This document shows, piece by piece, positions 29,497-39,008 of a DNA stretch of 64,000 nucleotides. Both the position numbers and the translations under genes were made by a program. Source of the DNA: Candidatus Limnocylindrales bacterium. Its GTDB lineage: Bacteria; Moduliflexota; Moduliflexia; Moduliflexales; JAUQPW01. The DNA is taken from assembly GCA_035559535.1 (NCBI GenBank), contig DATMBG010000058.1, positions 62,001-126,000 of the forward strand, written 5' to 3'. The first letter of the stretch is position 1. Every line of letters begins with the position of its first letter. Below the pieces are notes generated by a model. That model was not told the DNA's origin. It saw only the letters and a program-made list of their open reading frames with translations, and ran no database searches.

Positions 29497-29840
29497 TTAT
29501 CCGGGTATGGGGTTACCCATAAATCGTTCCGGCTCTGGATCTTTTCCCGGGGAACCCGAAAGGGTCCGGTGGGTTTTAGCCGGGTGTGTAGGGGATAATG
29601 TCCCAGGATTGAGCAAAAATACCCCTTCTTTTCAGTTTAACTTTGATCTAGGTGTATTAACAGATCCCAGATACCGGGAATAAAATAACCTGGATTATTT
29701 CCGGGTAAAAAGGTATCTTACCCATTTGGTTGAAGATATTTCTATTGAAAAATCAGGAAAATCAGGTTGTAAAGAGGATCAACCGATGATCCCCCCTACG
29801 TATAAGCTAAGGATTAAACAGGGGGTGGAGATACCCCCTA

Positions 29841-30022
29841 GACGCCAAAATAAGAAGGTTAGCTCCGGCGGGACGACCTGTTTAACAGCAGGTTAAACGT
29901 CTCGTTTGATAATGATGTGGTTAGGGAGTTTGAAAAAATTCTGAATTTCTGAATCCCCCGACTTGCGTTGGGGGCTACCCACGGTTCGCCTCTGACGGGG
30001 CTTTTCAGCTTAAGCTGGCGCC
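29841..30022. repeat. MITE/REP-like element, copy 2
   Basis: GACGCCAAAATAAG...CTTAAGCTGGCGCC terminal inverted repeats; same core as 274-409. Confidence 0.8.
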
Positions 30023-30232
30023 CCCATTTGGGAGAGGGGCTAGGTGAGGGGGATGGGGGTGTTCAGGCTGAAAATAAGGTTTTTCTCCTTCTTAGCTTGA
30101 TGCGTGGGCGGTTGCCCCTACCAAAGGGGATACGACCTGTTCCATCCGGTAACAGGCAGAAAGAAAGATACGATGGACTTTTAAAATATAGGGTACCTTC
30201 TTTCCTGTCCGGTACCCAGAAGGAGGCGATCT

Positions 30233-31351
30233 ATGAGACTCGAAACATTGGCCGTGCATGCCGGGCGTAAGCCAGATCCCACGACCGGAGCGGTAGTTCC
30301 TCCCCTTCATTTATCGACTACCTTTCTCCGGGAAGAGGATGGGAGCTTTCCCCACGGATATATTTATATCCGAAGTGGTAATCCCAATCGTCAGGCTCTG
30401 GAAGAGTGTCTGAAGACCCTGGAAGGAGGGACTTCGGCAATTACCTTCTCCTCAGGAATGGCGGCCATTATGACTACTTTTCAGGCCCTCTCTCCGGGTG
30501 ATCAGGTTCTGGTGGCCGATGATGCTTATTACGGGGTAGGACAACTCCTCAGGACTCATTTTATTCCATGGGGTTTAAAGGTAACCTTTGTGGATATGAC
30601 GGATCCTGCCAGGGTACAGGCAGCTTTATCCCATGAGACCAAACTGGTTTGGATAGAAACCCCATCAAATCCTTTGTTGAAAATCACAGATATCCAACAT
30701 ATCTCAGACCTGGCCCATCAAGTGGGAGCTAAGGTTGTAGTGGATGGAACCTGGACGACCCCGGTGCTTCAGCGACCTCTAGAACTCGGAGCGGATTTGG
30801 TTATGCACTCTTCAACCAAATACTTTGGGGGGCATTCTGATCTGATGGGGGGTGTTCTTATCGCCCGAGAAGATACCTCCTTTGTCCAGCAGATCCGAAC
30901 CCTTCAGGTAAATGGAGGGGCCGTACCTTCTCCCTTCGATTGCTGGTTGATCCTTCGGGGCATTCAGACCCTCCCTTATCGCATGCGGATCCATTCAGAA
31001 AATGCAGAGAAAATAGCTTACTTTCTATATACCCATCCGGCCGTGGAGCAGGTCCATTATCCCGGGTTACCCAGCCATCCCGGTCATGGGATTGCAGCCA
31101 GGCAGATGAAGCAATTCGGAGGGATGATGTCTATTCAGGTCAAAGGTGGGGCTGAAGCAGCCATGGCGGTTGCCGCAAAAGTTAAAGTATTCACCCGGGC
31201 CACCAGCCTGGGAGGTACAGAAAGCCTGATCGAACATAGGGCTTCCATTGAGGGGCCTCAGACCCGAACCCCTCAAAATTTACTTCGCCTTTCTATCGGT
31301 CTGGAACACGTTGAGGATTTGATCGAAGACCTGAATCAGGCACTCTCTTAA
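30233..31351 (+). CDS. Cys/Met metabolism PLP enzyme (cystathionine gamma-synthase/lyase family)
   Basis: Motifs YIRSGNP, FSSGMAAI, ETPSNP, HSSTKYFGGHSD, SLGGTESL, LRLSIGLE. Confidence 0.93.
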   Translation: MRLETLAVHAGRKPDPTTGAVVPPLHLSTTFLREEDGSFPHGYIYIRSGNPNRQALEECLKTLEGGTSAITFSSGMAAIMTTFQALSPGDQVLVADDAYYGVGQLLRTHFIPWGLKVTFVDMTDPARVQAALSHETKLVWIETPSNPLLKITDIQHISDLAHQVGAKVVVDGTWTTPVLQRPLELGADLVMHSSTKYFGGHSDLMGGVLIAREDTSFVQQIRTLQVNGGAVPSPFDCWLILRGIQTLPYRMRIHSENAEKIAYFLYTHPAVEQVHYPGLPSHPGHGIAARQMKQFGGMMSIQVKGGAEAAMAVAAKVKVFTRATSLGGTESLIEHRASIEGPQTRTPQNLLRLSIGLEHVEDLIEDLNQALS

Positions 31352-31592
31352 TAGCAGAGAGGAGGGAAAGAAAGTTTGTTTCTTTCTTCAAGTATCCATA
31401 TCCATTTTTTACGAAAATCGCCCGACAATTTTCATGCTTTGTGGTGATCCCATAGGTCATAAGTGGAGGAAGAAATATCCCCCTCACCCCTTAAGCGCCA
31501 GGATAAAAGTGGGATACCTGAGGGAGTGCCTTAACCTGATCCCTAGGCCCTCATTCTCCGTCTCCCAACTTGGGAGAGGGGTTAAAGGCCTA

Positions 31593-31747
31593 GGCGCCGG
31601 GATAAGAAAGTTAGCCCCAGCGGGGCAACCTGTTTAACAGGTCGCTCCTCCGGAGCTTGAAAAATTTTGAATGACTGAATCCCCCGACTTGCGTCGAGGG
31701 CTACCTACGGTTCGCCCCTGAGGGGCTTTTCAGCTTATCCTGGCGTC
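31593..31747. repeat. MITE/REP-like element, copy 3
   Basis: GGCGCCGGGATAAG...CTTATCCTGGCGTC, 14-bp imperfect terminal inverted repeat; same core as copies 1 and 2. Confidence 0.82.
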
Positions 31748-31987
31748 TGGGAAGGTTAGAAGTCAGGGAGCTGGAGGGTGTTCAAACAGAAAAAAGTGAC
31801 TCCTACTAAATGGTTACAGTTACTTTCTTCAGAATTCAGTTGACCGAATACTGTCTTTTAATATATAATAATCACCTCATAAATTATAGACCACCTCAAG
31901 AGAATGGGTAAAGGATTTGTTCTTAAGGAGGAACTGGATAGGGTTTCCCGTAAAAGGTAGCGGGATATTAATTCCTGGAGGGATCCT

Positions 31988-32896
31988 ATGAAACGGAAGC
32001 AACCCTTTTTTTCCATCATCATCCCGACCTATAACCGTCCGGAGCAACTTACGATTTGTTTGCAATCCCTGGTCTGTTTAGACTATCCACGTAGCCGTTT
32101 CGAAGTCATTGTGGTGGATGATGGAAGTTCCACTCCCTTAGAGAACATTGTCGGCCCTTTTTGTGATAAATTCCAGGTCATCTTACTCAAACAGCGTCAT
32201 GCAGGACCGGCGGCAGCCCGTAATACTGGAGCTGCACAGGCAAAGGGTGAGTTCTTTGCCTTTACCGATGATGATTGTATTCCTGCTCCCAATTGGCTTC
32301 AAGCTCTGGCGGCCCGGTTTGCAACCTTCCCGGGTCATGCCATTGGGGGGCGAACGTTGAATGCTCTTCCCCATAATCTCTATTCAACGGCCAGCCAGGT
32401 CATCATCGAGGCCGTTTATGCTTACTACAATGTCCATCCCAGTCCCATGCGCTTCTTTGCCACCAACAATCTGGCCTTACCGGCGGACCGCTTCCATGCC
32501 ATAGGAGGTTTTGACGCAACCTTCCTTACCTCAGAGGATCGGGAACTTTGTAATCGCTGGATGTACCATGGTTACCCTTTGACCTATGCTTCAGAAGCCC
32601 TGGTTTATCATGCCCATATGCTGACGTTCAGTACCTTCTGGTGGCAACATTTTAATTATGGTCGTGGGGCCTTCCACTTCCATCGGGCCCGGGCCCGACT
32701 CCATCAGGAGCCAATGAAGCTGGAACCCAAATCCTTTTATTTAAATATGCTCCGCTATCCGTTTTTGCACAGGCAAGGCCGGGTGGCCTGGTTACTTACC
32801 GCTCTGGTCGTGATGTCACAGGGGGCAAGTGCCGCCGGGTTTTTCTGGGAGAAGGCCCTCCAGGCTATAAAGAAGAAAGAGGAAAAAAGTTCATAA
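31988..32896 (+). CDS. Glycosyltransferase family 2
   Basis: Motifs SIIIPTYNR, VIVVDDGS, GPAAARN, FTDDDC, SED. Confidence 0.92.
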   Translation: MKRKQPFFSIIIPTYNRPEQLTICLQSLVCLDYPRSRFEVIVVDDGSSTPLENIVGPFCDKFQVILLKQRHAGPAAARNTGAAQAKGEFFAFTDDDCIPAPNWLQALAARFATFPGHAIGGRTLNALPHNLYSTASQVIIEAVYAYYNVHPSPMRFFATNNLALPADRFHAIGGFDATFLTSEDRELCNRWMYHGYPLTYASEALVYHAHMLTFSTFWWQHFNYGRGAFHFHRARARLHQEPMKLEPKSFYLNMLRYPFLHRQGRVAWLLTALVVMSQGASAAGFFWEKALQAIKKKEEKSS

Positions 32897-32902
32897 AGCT
32901 TC

Positions 32903-34366
32903 TTATCTTTTCATGGGAAAGTAAGATTGTAGATCCCGTGGAATACCCCGAAGACCGGCCAGGACAAAAAAGTAAAGGATGCCTCCTACTCCGAGATACA
33001 GGGAGAGGGCCTGACCGGATCCAAGGGCTATAAGCCCCAACCCCATCACTCCGGCAGCCAGCAGGGGCCGTATAACCGGCTTGAGATCTATCCGGACTCC
33101 CATCCGGTAAACCACCCAGAATTCCATAAGTAGAAGGAGTATTTCGGCTAAGAGCGTGGTAAAAGCCGCTCCCATCAGGCCGTAACGGGGAATAAGAACC
33201 CAGTTGAGTCCCATGTTAATACCGGCAGCAACGGCGACCATCCCCATATGCATTTTCATACGATTACCTACCAGCAGGATATTTTGGGCCACATCAGAAA
33301 AAAAGATAAGTCCAAAGCTTAAAATTAAAAGCCGAAAAGCCCCGGCTCCCTCTTCATATCCAGGCCCAAAGAGGGTGGTCAGCAAAGGAGCCGCCACAAG
33401 GATTCCCCCTATAGTTAGGGGAATGCTTATTACAGAGGAAAGTTCTATGGAATGTCCTGCAGCCTCGGTAATCTGCTGAGTACCCTGGATTGAGGCCCGG
33501 GTTAAAGCAGGAATATAGGAGATTCGGATTACAGCGGCTACGTTCATGAGCAAAAAGCAAAAGCGAGAGGATGCTGTATAAAGACCGACTTCCTTCTCTG
33601 TTAGAAGAAATCCCATGAGTACCACATCGAAGGTAAAAATAAGCATTCTCAACAGATGCGCAAGAACCGAAAAACCTGAATTTTGAAGCATATACCAGCC
33701 TTCCCGAAAGTCCCATCTGAATCTTCTAAAATGAATAAGAGGTACCGTCAGTAAAAATGCAGTACCCAATTCACCCAGGAACTGACTTATGGGAGCCCAT
33801 AAGATATCTTGGGGACCTTTCACAGTGTGTAAGAGGGCCGCCACATATAGAATCTGTCCTGACACCAGAGCCAAACCGACTCGATGATTCCGTTCCAGTC
33901 CCTTGTATACCCAAGAAGTATCCAGGGCTAAAGAGAAAAAGGAGAGGCCCGTAAGAACTACAACCTGTTTAACCAGGATCGGTTTGTTTAGAAGCCAGGC
34001 GATTAAACTGAGAAGTGACAGAGCTACAAAGGCCAAAACCAGCCTGACCAGCGTTACACTCAGAGCGATGTCAGGAGCCTCTTGGGGTCGGCGGGCCACT
34101 TCACGGGATCCGATATCCTGGAAACCAGCATGGATAGGAAGAGACAGGTAACCGTAGAGAGCATTGGCAAAACCAATAATACCAAATCCGGCGGGTCCCA
34201 ACTCTCGCGTAAGATAGGCAGTTCCCACGTAAGCTACCAGGCGGGCCATAACCTCCCCGCTTCCTAAAGACAAAATATTGATAACTACCTTCTTAGATCC
34301 CATGGATGTAAGGGGCTGCTTCCATATTTCTGAGCCCGATGATTCAGGATCAGCCTTTTCGGCCAT
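32903..34366 (-). CDS. Wzx-type polysaccharide flippase (MOP superfamily)
   Basis: About 14 TM helices; motifs YLTRELGPAGFG, EVGLY, LNWVLIPRYGLMGAA. Confidence 0.88.
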   Translation of the reverse strand: MAEKADPESSGSEIWKQPLTSMGSKKVVINILSLGSGEVMARLVAYVGTAYLTRELGPAGFGIIGFANALYGYLSLPIHAGFQDIGSREVARRPQEAPDIALSVTLVRLVLAFVALSLLSLIAWLLNKPILVKQVVVLTGLSFFSLALDTSWVYKGLERNHRVGLALVSGQILYVAALLHTVKGPQDILWAPISQFLGELGTAFLLTVPLIHFRRFRWDFREGWYMLQNSGFSVLAHLLRMLIFTFDVVLMGFLLTEKEVGLYTASSRFCFLLMNVAAVIRISYIPALTRASIQGTQQITEAAGHSIELSSVISIPLTIGGILVAAPLLTTLFGPGYEEGAGAFRLLILSFGLIFFSDVAQNILLVGNRMKMHMGMVAVAAGINMGLNWVLIPRYGLMGAAFTTLLAEILLLLMEFWVVYRMGVRIDLKPVIRPLLAAGVMGLGLIALGSGQALSLYLGVGGILYFFVLAGLRGIPRDLQSYFPMKR

Positions 34367-34664
34367 CCAACTTCTAACTGCAAGGATTAAAACCTATCCT
34401 CTGCCAGGTTGAGACCTTGCCTAAATGGTAGGAGTAACCGCTGGTGGCTGCCCTGTTTAAGGGCCGGGGGATCGCCCTGCTTTCTTCTACGAAACTTCTA
34501 TTTAGATTTAGTATCAGGTAAAGGATAGGATGAGAATAAAACAAATTTCAGGTGTGTCAAGGGATTTCCTGACCGGTCCTAAAGACTTGTAAGGGAAGGT
34601 ATCGGATCAAGAGGAGGGGTAAATGGAGAGAATTCTATTGACTTTTTGACCTGACCCGTATTAG

Positions 34665-36332
34665 TTGATAAAGGTGATGAAGATTAAGAAAAGTGGGAAC
34701 CCAGGCTCTATAAATTTAAAAAAGTGGTTTCAGATTCATACCTGGAGTGCTTTAGCCTCCCTGATTATTTTGTGGATACTGGCCGTGACCGGGATCTTCA
34801 TTTACCCTTCCGATCAGTTCGGATTACGTCAGGTCTCTATTCAATCGAAATGGTTACCTGCTCTCTATGAAGTAAATGCCTGGGGATCTCTTATGCGCTC
34901 TCTGGCGGTAACCCCGGAAGGATGGTTTTATGCCACCCATCGTAAAGGAATTTTCTTCAGCCAGGATAATGGGCAGAGTTGGGAAGATATCACCAGCAAG
35001 ATCCCGGGGAGTTTAGACCTTCCCCAAGGGTTGTTTCCCCCTGTATTGGCTATTTATCCCTATGATCCCAAAATCATTATTGCCAGTAAGGGAAAAGGGC
35101 TGGCCCGTTCTAATAACAGTGGAAAAACATGGGAGCCCTTTGGAAATTCCGATGGAGAAGATCTTTCTCAAAGTGGAATTCAGGATATTACCTATGATCC
35201 ACCGGCCGAGGCCGTCCTGGTAGTGGATGAAAATGGGCTGGTTTATCGCCGCTCCCTTATTCCGGACAAAGACGAAGGCTGGGAAATGATTTCTTTAAAT
35301 CCACCTTATGGAGAACAACGAGGTGTGGGGATATTAAACTGGAAAGAGGTAGCCCTCCATCTCCATAACGGTCAACTCTTCAGTCGTCAACACTGGTGGC
35401 CGGTTAATCATGGATTTGGTCTGGTTTTAATTCTTCTCTCCTCAACCGGATTGGTTTTATGGCTCCGAAGAAAGCAGAATCAAGGTGGGTCGGGAGAAAA
35501 CTTCAAGCGCCTGATTAAGTCTAAATTTTTTCGGATCCTCCACCATCTGGGAGGTCTGGTGAGCTGGCCTTTGTTTTTACTCTTTCCCCTCACCGGGATT
35601 CTTCTTATTCATTATGTGGATTTTCCGGCTCTGATCAATGATGGCCTCCCCACGCGCTGGCTCCCTCCCCAATTCGATCAAAATCAATGGAAGGGTCCTG
35701 TAACGTTGAACTTACGGGCTTTGGCCCTTAGCTTCAATAATCCACCCCGGTTATGGGTCGGTCATACGGACGGTCTTTTCATGAGTGAGGATGGGGGTCG
35801 ACACTGGAGTCCTATGGGAGATTCTCTCCAGGCCCCGGTATTAAAGGGGATCGACCGTCTGCTCATTGCTCCTCGCTGGTTGGAGTACATTTATACAGGG
35901 AATTCCCGAGGATTGATGGTCAGTCGGGATTATGGTCATCATTGGGAACGTCTATTGGATCAGCCGGTTGATGCCCTTTACGCTGACCGGGAAACCCTTT
36001 ACGTAGTTTCCGGAGAGAACCTTTTTACCCAAAAGTTCCGAACTTTGGCTGCACTGGCTTCTTTCACCTGGACCAGAACCCCCTTAAACCCACCCTATGG
36101 ATTGAATCGATCCCTTCGACAAACCAATCTCTATCAACTCCTTCACGATCTTCACAGTGGTCAACTTTTGGGAACCTGGTTCAGGTATGTGCTGGATATG
36201 GTAGCCGGGTTGATGATTTTGCAAAACATTACAGGCCTTGTTTTATGGGGTCTTCCACGCTGGAAACGGTGGCAACGAACCCGATCAAAGGTTAATAAAA
36301 AACACCCTTATGCGTATCAAAACCACACTTAA
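34665..36332 (+). CDS. PepSY-associated TM-helix protein with BNR-repeat periplasmic domains
   Basis: Two halves with IHTW/LHHLGG, LHLHNG/LHDLHSG and TGLVLW motifs; Asp-box repeats SQDNGQSW, SEDGGRHW, SRDYGHHW. Confidence 0.75.
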   Translation: MIKVMKIKKSGNPGSINLKKWFQIHTWSALASLIILWILAVTGIFIYPSDQFGLRQVSIQSKWLPALYEVNAWGSLMRSLAVTPEGWFYATHRKGIFFSQDNGQSWEDITSKIPGSLDLPQGLFPPVLAIYPYDPKIIIASKGKGLARSNNSGKTWEPFGNSDGEDLSQSGIQDITYDPPAEAVLVVDENGLVYRRSLIPDKDEGWEMISLNPPYGEQRGVGILNWKEVALHLHNGQLFSRQHWWPVNHGFGLVLILLSSTGLVLWLRRKQNQGGSGENFKRLIKSKFFRILHHLGGLVSWPLFLLFPLTGILLIHYVDFPALINDGLPTRWLPPQFDQNQWKGPVTLNLRALALSFNNPPRLWVGHTDGLFMSEDGGRHWSPMGDSLQAPVLKGIDRLLIAPRWLEYIYTGNSRGLMVSRDYGHHWERLLDQPVDALYADRETLYVVSGENLFTQKFRTLAALASFTWTRTPLNPPYGLNRSLRQTNLYQLLHDLHSGQLLGTWFRYVLDMVAGLMILQNITGLVLWGLPRWKRWQRTRSKVNKKHPYAYQNHT

Positions 36333-36990
36333 AGTTCTCAAGATAGTCTTTGTAACTTGCTCACTCTTGGCCTTCTTTCTGGTCATGGGTCAGGCCGCTG
36401 AAAATTTCCCCTCCCCTGAAGCCTTGAAACCTTTTGAAGAAGCCAGGCAGCGCGGAGATCTTCAGGGACTTCTTTCTGTTTTTCGTCAGACAGGCCAGGC
36501 CAATAATAAAGAAGCTGCTCTCACCCTTTTAAATGCAGGCTTATCCAGTAAGATTTTGGAAGGGCTTAGTGAAGAACAAATCCAGCAGGTACTTAAAACC
36601 TCCCAGGAGGTTCTGACCCAGATGACGGATCCTGAAGCCTGGAAGGTTATTTTCAGAGCAACCCCAGAGCATTCGGACTGGCGGGTTCGGGCTATGTTGC
36701 TGGATGTGGTTAAAACCCAGGTAGAGTCTGAGAAAAATGCGAAGCGAGCCAAAAGAGCTATTATTGGATGTCTTACCGATAACGTAGATGCCGTAGCTTT
36801 AAAAGCCATCGACCTGACCGGGGACCTGAAGATTAAAGAGGCCGTTCCCAAGTTGATGCGAATTGTCCTTGCCAAATGGGGTCAGAACGTGGGACTCGGT
36901 GCAGCAAAAGGGGCCGCAGCCCTTGAAAAAATCACCGGAACTTCAGCCCCAGAAGGTTGGTATCAATGGCTTAATAAGAATTCCCAATGA
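36310..36990 (+). CDS. Exported HEAT-repeat-like protein
   Basis: Signal-like N-terminus from ATG 36310; helical repeats DWRVRAM, EAVPKLM, AALEKITG. Confidence 0.6.
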   Translation: MRIKTTLKVLKIVFVTCSLLAFFLVMGQAAENFPSPEALKPFEEARQRGDLQGLLSVFRQTGQANNKEAALTLLNAGLSSKILEGLSEEQIQQVLKTSQEVLTQMTDPEAWKVIFRATPEHSDWRVRAMLLDVVKTQVESEKNAKRAKRAIIGCLTDNVDAVALKAIDLTGDLKIKEAVPKLMRIVLAKWGQNVGLGAAKGAAALEKITGTSAPEGWYQWLNKNSQ

Positions 36991-38021
36991 TTAAAAACTA
37001 TTTATCTTCCCCGATCTACGATTCAACCCGGCCGTCGTTTCAATGCCTGGTTTTCAATTTTCTCTGCCCTTTTCTCTTTCTGGTTATTGTTACCTTCTCA
37101 GGAAAAGACTATCCTGCAGCCTGGGCTGAGACAGGCTGGTATGGGGAGAGTTTGCCGAAGGGCCTGTCTAAAGGAACAGTCTATGGAGAATATCTCCACC
37201 AAAAAGATAACGCTATCATGGTCTATGTACCTGCCGGTTCCTTTTTACGGGGAACTTCACAGGCTCAGGTTAAAATCCTGCAACAACAATTTGGGAATCA
37301 CTACGCAGTCGAAACCCCTCAACGTTGGATCTATCTGAGTTCTTATTATATAGATAAGTTTGAGGTTACCAACCAACAATATGCCCGATTCTTGAAAGCT
37401 TTGGAAAACGAAGGGCATCGGTCCTGCCATCCCGATGAACCTGCCCAAAAGAACCATACCCCCACTTATTGGCAGGATGCTCGCCTGAAGGGAGCTGACT
37501 ATCCTGTCACAGGTGTAGATTGGTATGATGCTTACGCATATTGTCACTGGGCCGGCAAACATCTTCCTACTGAAGCGCAATGGGAAAAAGCTGCCAGGGG
37601 GACCGATGGTCGGGAATTCCCTTGGGGAGATAAATGGGAGGCTTCCTATTCTAACAATGCCGAATCCACCTTTGGACAAACCTTCCTCAGCAAAAAACAG
37701 TGGATGGATCTACTCAGTCGGCTCCATCTCGATGAACTGAAAGTTCTTACAAAACCGGTCGGGAGTTTTCCTCAGGGGGTCAGTCCTTACGGAGCCCATG
37801 ATATGGCCGGAAATGTATGGGAATGGTGCCAGGATTCTTATCAGAAAGATTATTATCGGGAATCTCCTTCTCGAGATCCATCCGGACCTTCTCCTTCAGA
37901 GTATAAGGTCTTGCGAGGGGGGTGCTGGGACAGTGATCGGACAAGGGTAAGAACAGCCTATAGAAATTACGATATTTTAACCGATCGCCATCTGGAGATC
38001 GGATTCCGCTGCGCCCAATAG
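36987..38021 (+). CDS. Formylglycine-generating enzyme family (FGE-sulfatase/SUMF1-like) protein
   Basis: Motifs EVTNQQY, PVTGVDWYDA, LPTEAQWEKAARG, DMAGNVWEW, RGGCW, GFRC. Confidence 0.92.
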   Translation: MIKNYLSSPIYDSTRPSFQCLVFNFLCPFLFLVIVTFSGKDYPAAWAETGWYGESLPKGLSKGTVYGEYLHQKDNAIMVYVPAGSFLRGTSQAQVKILQQQFGNHYAVETPQRWIYLSSYYIDKFEVTNQQYARFLKALENEGHRSCHPDEPAQKNHTPTYWQDARLKGADYPVTGVDWYDAYAYCHWAGKHLPTEAQWEKAARGTDGREFPWGDKWEASYSNNAESTFGQTFLSKKQWMDLLSRLHLDELKVLTKPVGSFPQGVSPYGAHDMAGNVWEWCQDSYQKDYYRESPSRDPSGPSPSEYKVLRGGCWDSDRTRVRTAYRNYDILTDRHLEIGFRCAQ

Positions 38022-38025
38022 GAGG

Positions 38026-38394
38026 TTGGGAGAGTTGAAGACAAATCCAGGAAAAATTACCCGGTTCAGATACCTTTCTGATATGACTTTTGGTGAAGAT
38101 GTAGGCCTGATACTGGGAGGAAGTATAGGCTTCCTGATAGGGAGTTTCTTCGGCGGGCTATTTAATGCCGTGATTGTCGGAGTTGTAGGGGGTGGGATGG
38201 GGAGCATTATCGGTAAAAACCTGGATGAAGAACATACTTCCATCGTTATGGGATTTATAGGTTTAGTAGCAGGAGGGTTTATCGGGGCCCTGATGGGCAA
38301 AGATATTACCGGAATAATAGGCATTTGCCTGGGTGGTTTCACAGGTTGGTTTCTGGGTGGTCTTCTGAGTTTAATTTTCAGGGCAAATCCATAA
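38026..38394 (+). CDS. Small glycine-zipper membrane protein
   Basis: Repeated GxxxG hydrophobic helices; lies directly after the FGE gene. True start may be the internal ATG. Confidence 0.55.
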   Translation: MGELKTNPGKITRFRYLSDMTFGEDVGLILGGSIGFLIGSFFGGLFNAVIVGVVGGGMGSIIGKNLDEEHTSIVMGFIGLVAGGFIGALMGKDITGIIGICLGGFTGWFLGGLLSLIFRANP

Positions 38395-38589
38395 TTTATC
38401 TTTCAGATGCAGGTTATTAAAATTCCCGTCTAGCGGGCTTTTTTAGGATTTCCTCCATAAAACCCCTATAAAATTTAATAATTTCGTGAAATTTCCCTTG
38501 ACAAGGGAGTCCTATAAAGGCTAAAAAAAAAGCGTAGGGAATTAAAAGGCGAAACAACCCTCAACCAACCTAAATAGGAGGAGTATACC

Positions 38590-38931
38590 ATGAATAAAGC
38601 AAACTTAATCGATATAGTAGCACAGGAAGCCTCCCTGACTAAAGGGCAGGCTGGAAAAGCTATCGATGCCGTGTTGAACAGTATTGAAAAAGCCCTGGAA
38701 AAAGGGGAGAAGGTAACTCTGGTCGGATTTGGAACCTTTTCCGTTGCCCAACGCAAAGCCAGAACGGGAAGAAATCCCAGCACCGGTGCGCCCTTGAATA
38801 TTCCGGCTAAACAAGTTCCTAAATTTGTCCCAGGGGCAAAGCTTCGAGAAGCCGCTGCGGGAACTTCGGGAATGAAGGAAGGAAAGGAAGGAAAAGAAGA
38901 GAAAGCTAAAGAAAGACCCAGAAAGAAGTAA
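38590..38931 (+). CDS. hup: HU family DNA-binding protein with charged C-terminal tail
   Basis: MNKANLI, VTLVGFGTF, RKARTGRNPSTG, PKFVPGAKL; GGAGG RBS. Confidence 0.95.
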   Translation: MNKANLIDIVAQEASLTKGQAGKAIDAVLNSIEKALEKGEKVTLVGFGTFSVAQRKARTGRNPSTGAPLNIPAKQVPKFVPGAKLREAAAGTSGMKEGKEGKEEKAKERPRKK

Positions 38932-38953
38932 AAGAAAATAAGGACAAAACCCC

Positions 38954-38981
38954 AGGGGGCGATGGACGGATCGCCCCCTAC
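38954..38981. terminator. 10-bp GC stem-loop (GTAG-REP-like) between convergent genes; probable terminator role
   Basis: AGGGGGCGAT-ggacgg-ATCGCCCCCT followed by AC; the reverse strand begins GTAG. Confidence 0.55.
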
Positions 38982-39008
38982 TGTTTAGGGCCTGTTATCT
39001 TTTGCTGA

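Noticed and set aside
36987-38394. Diversity-generating retroelement targeting the FGE-sulfatase (CLec-fold) gene
   Set aside because: No reverse transcriptase gene in the window, and no second copy of the 3' end differing at adenines was seen.
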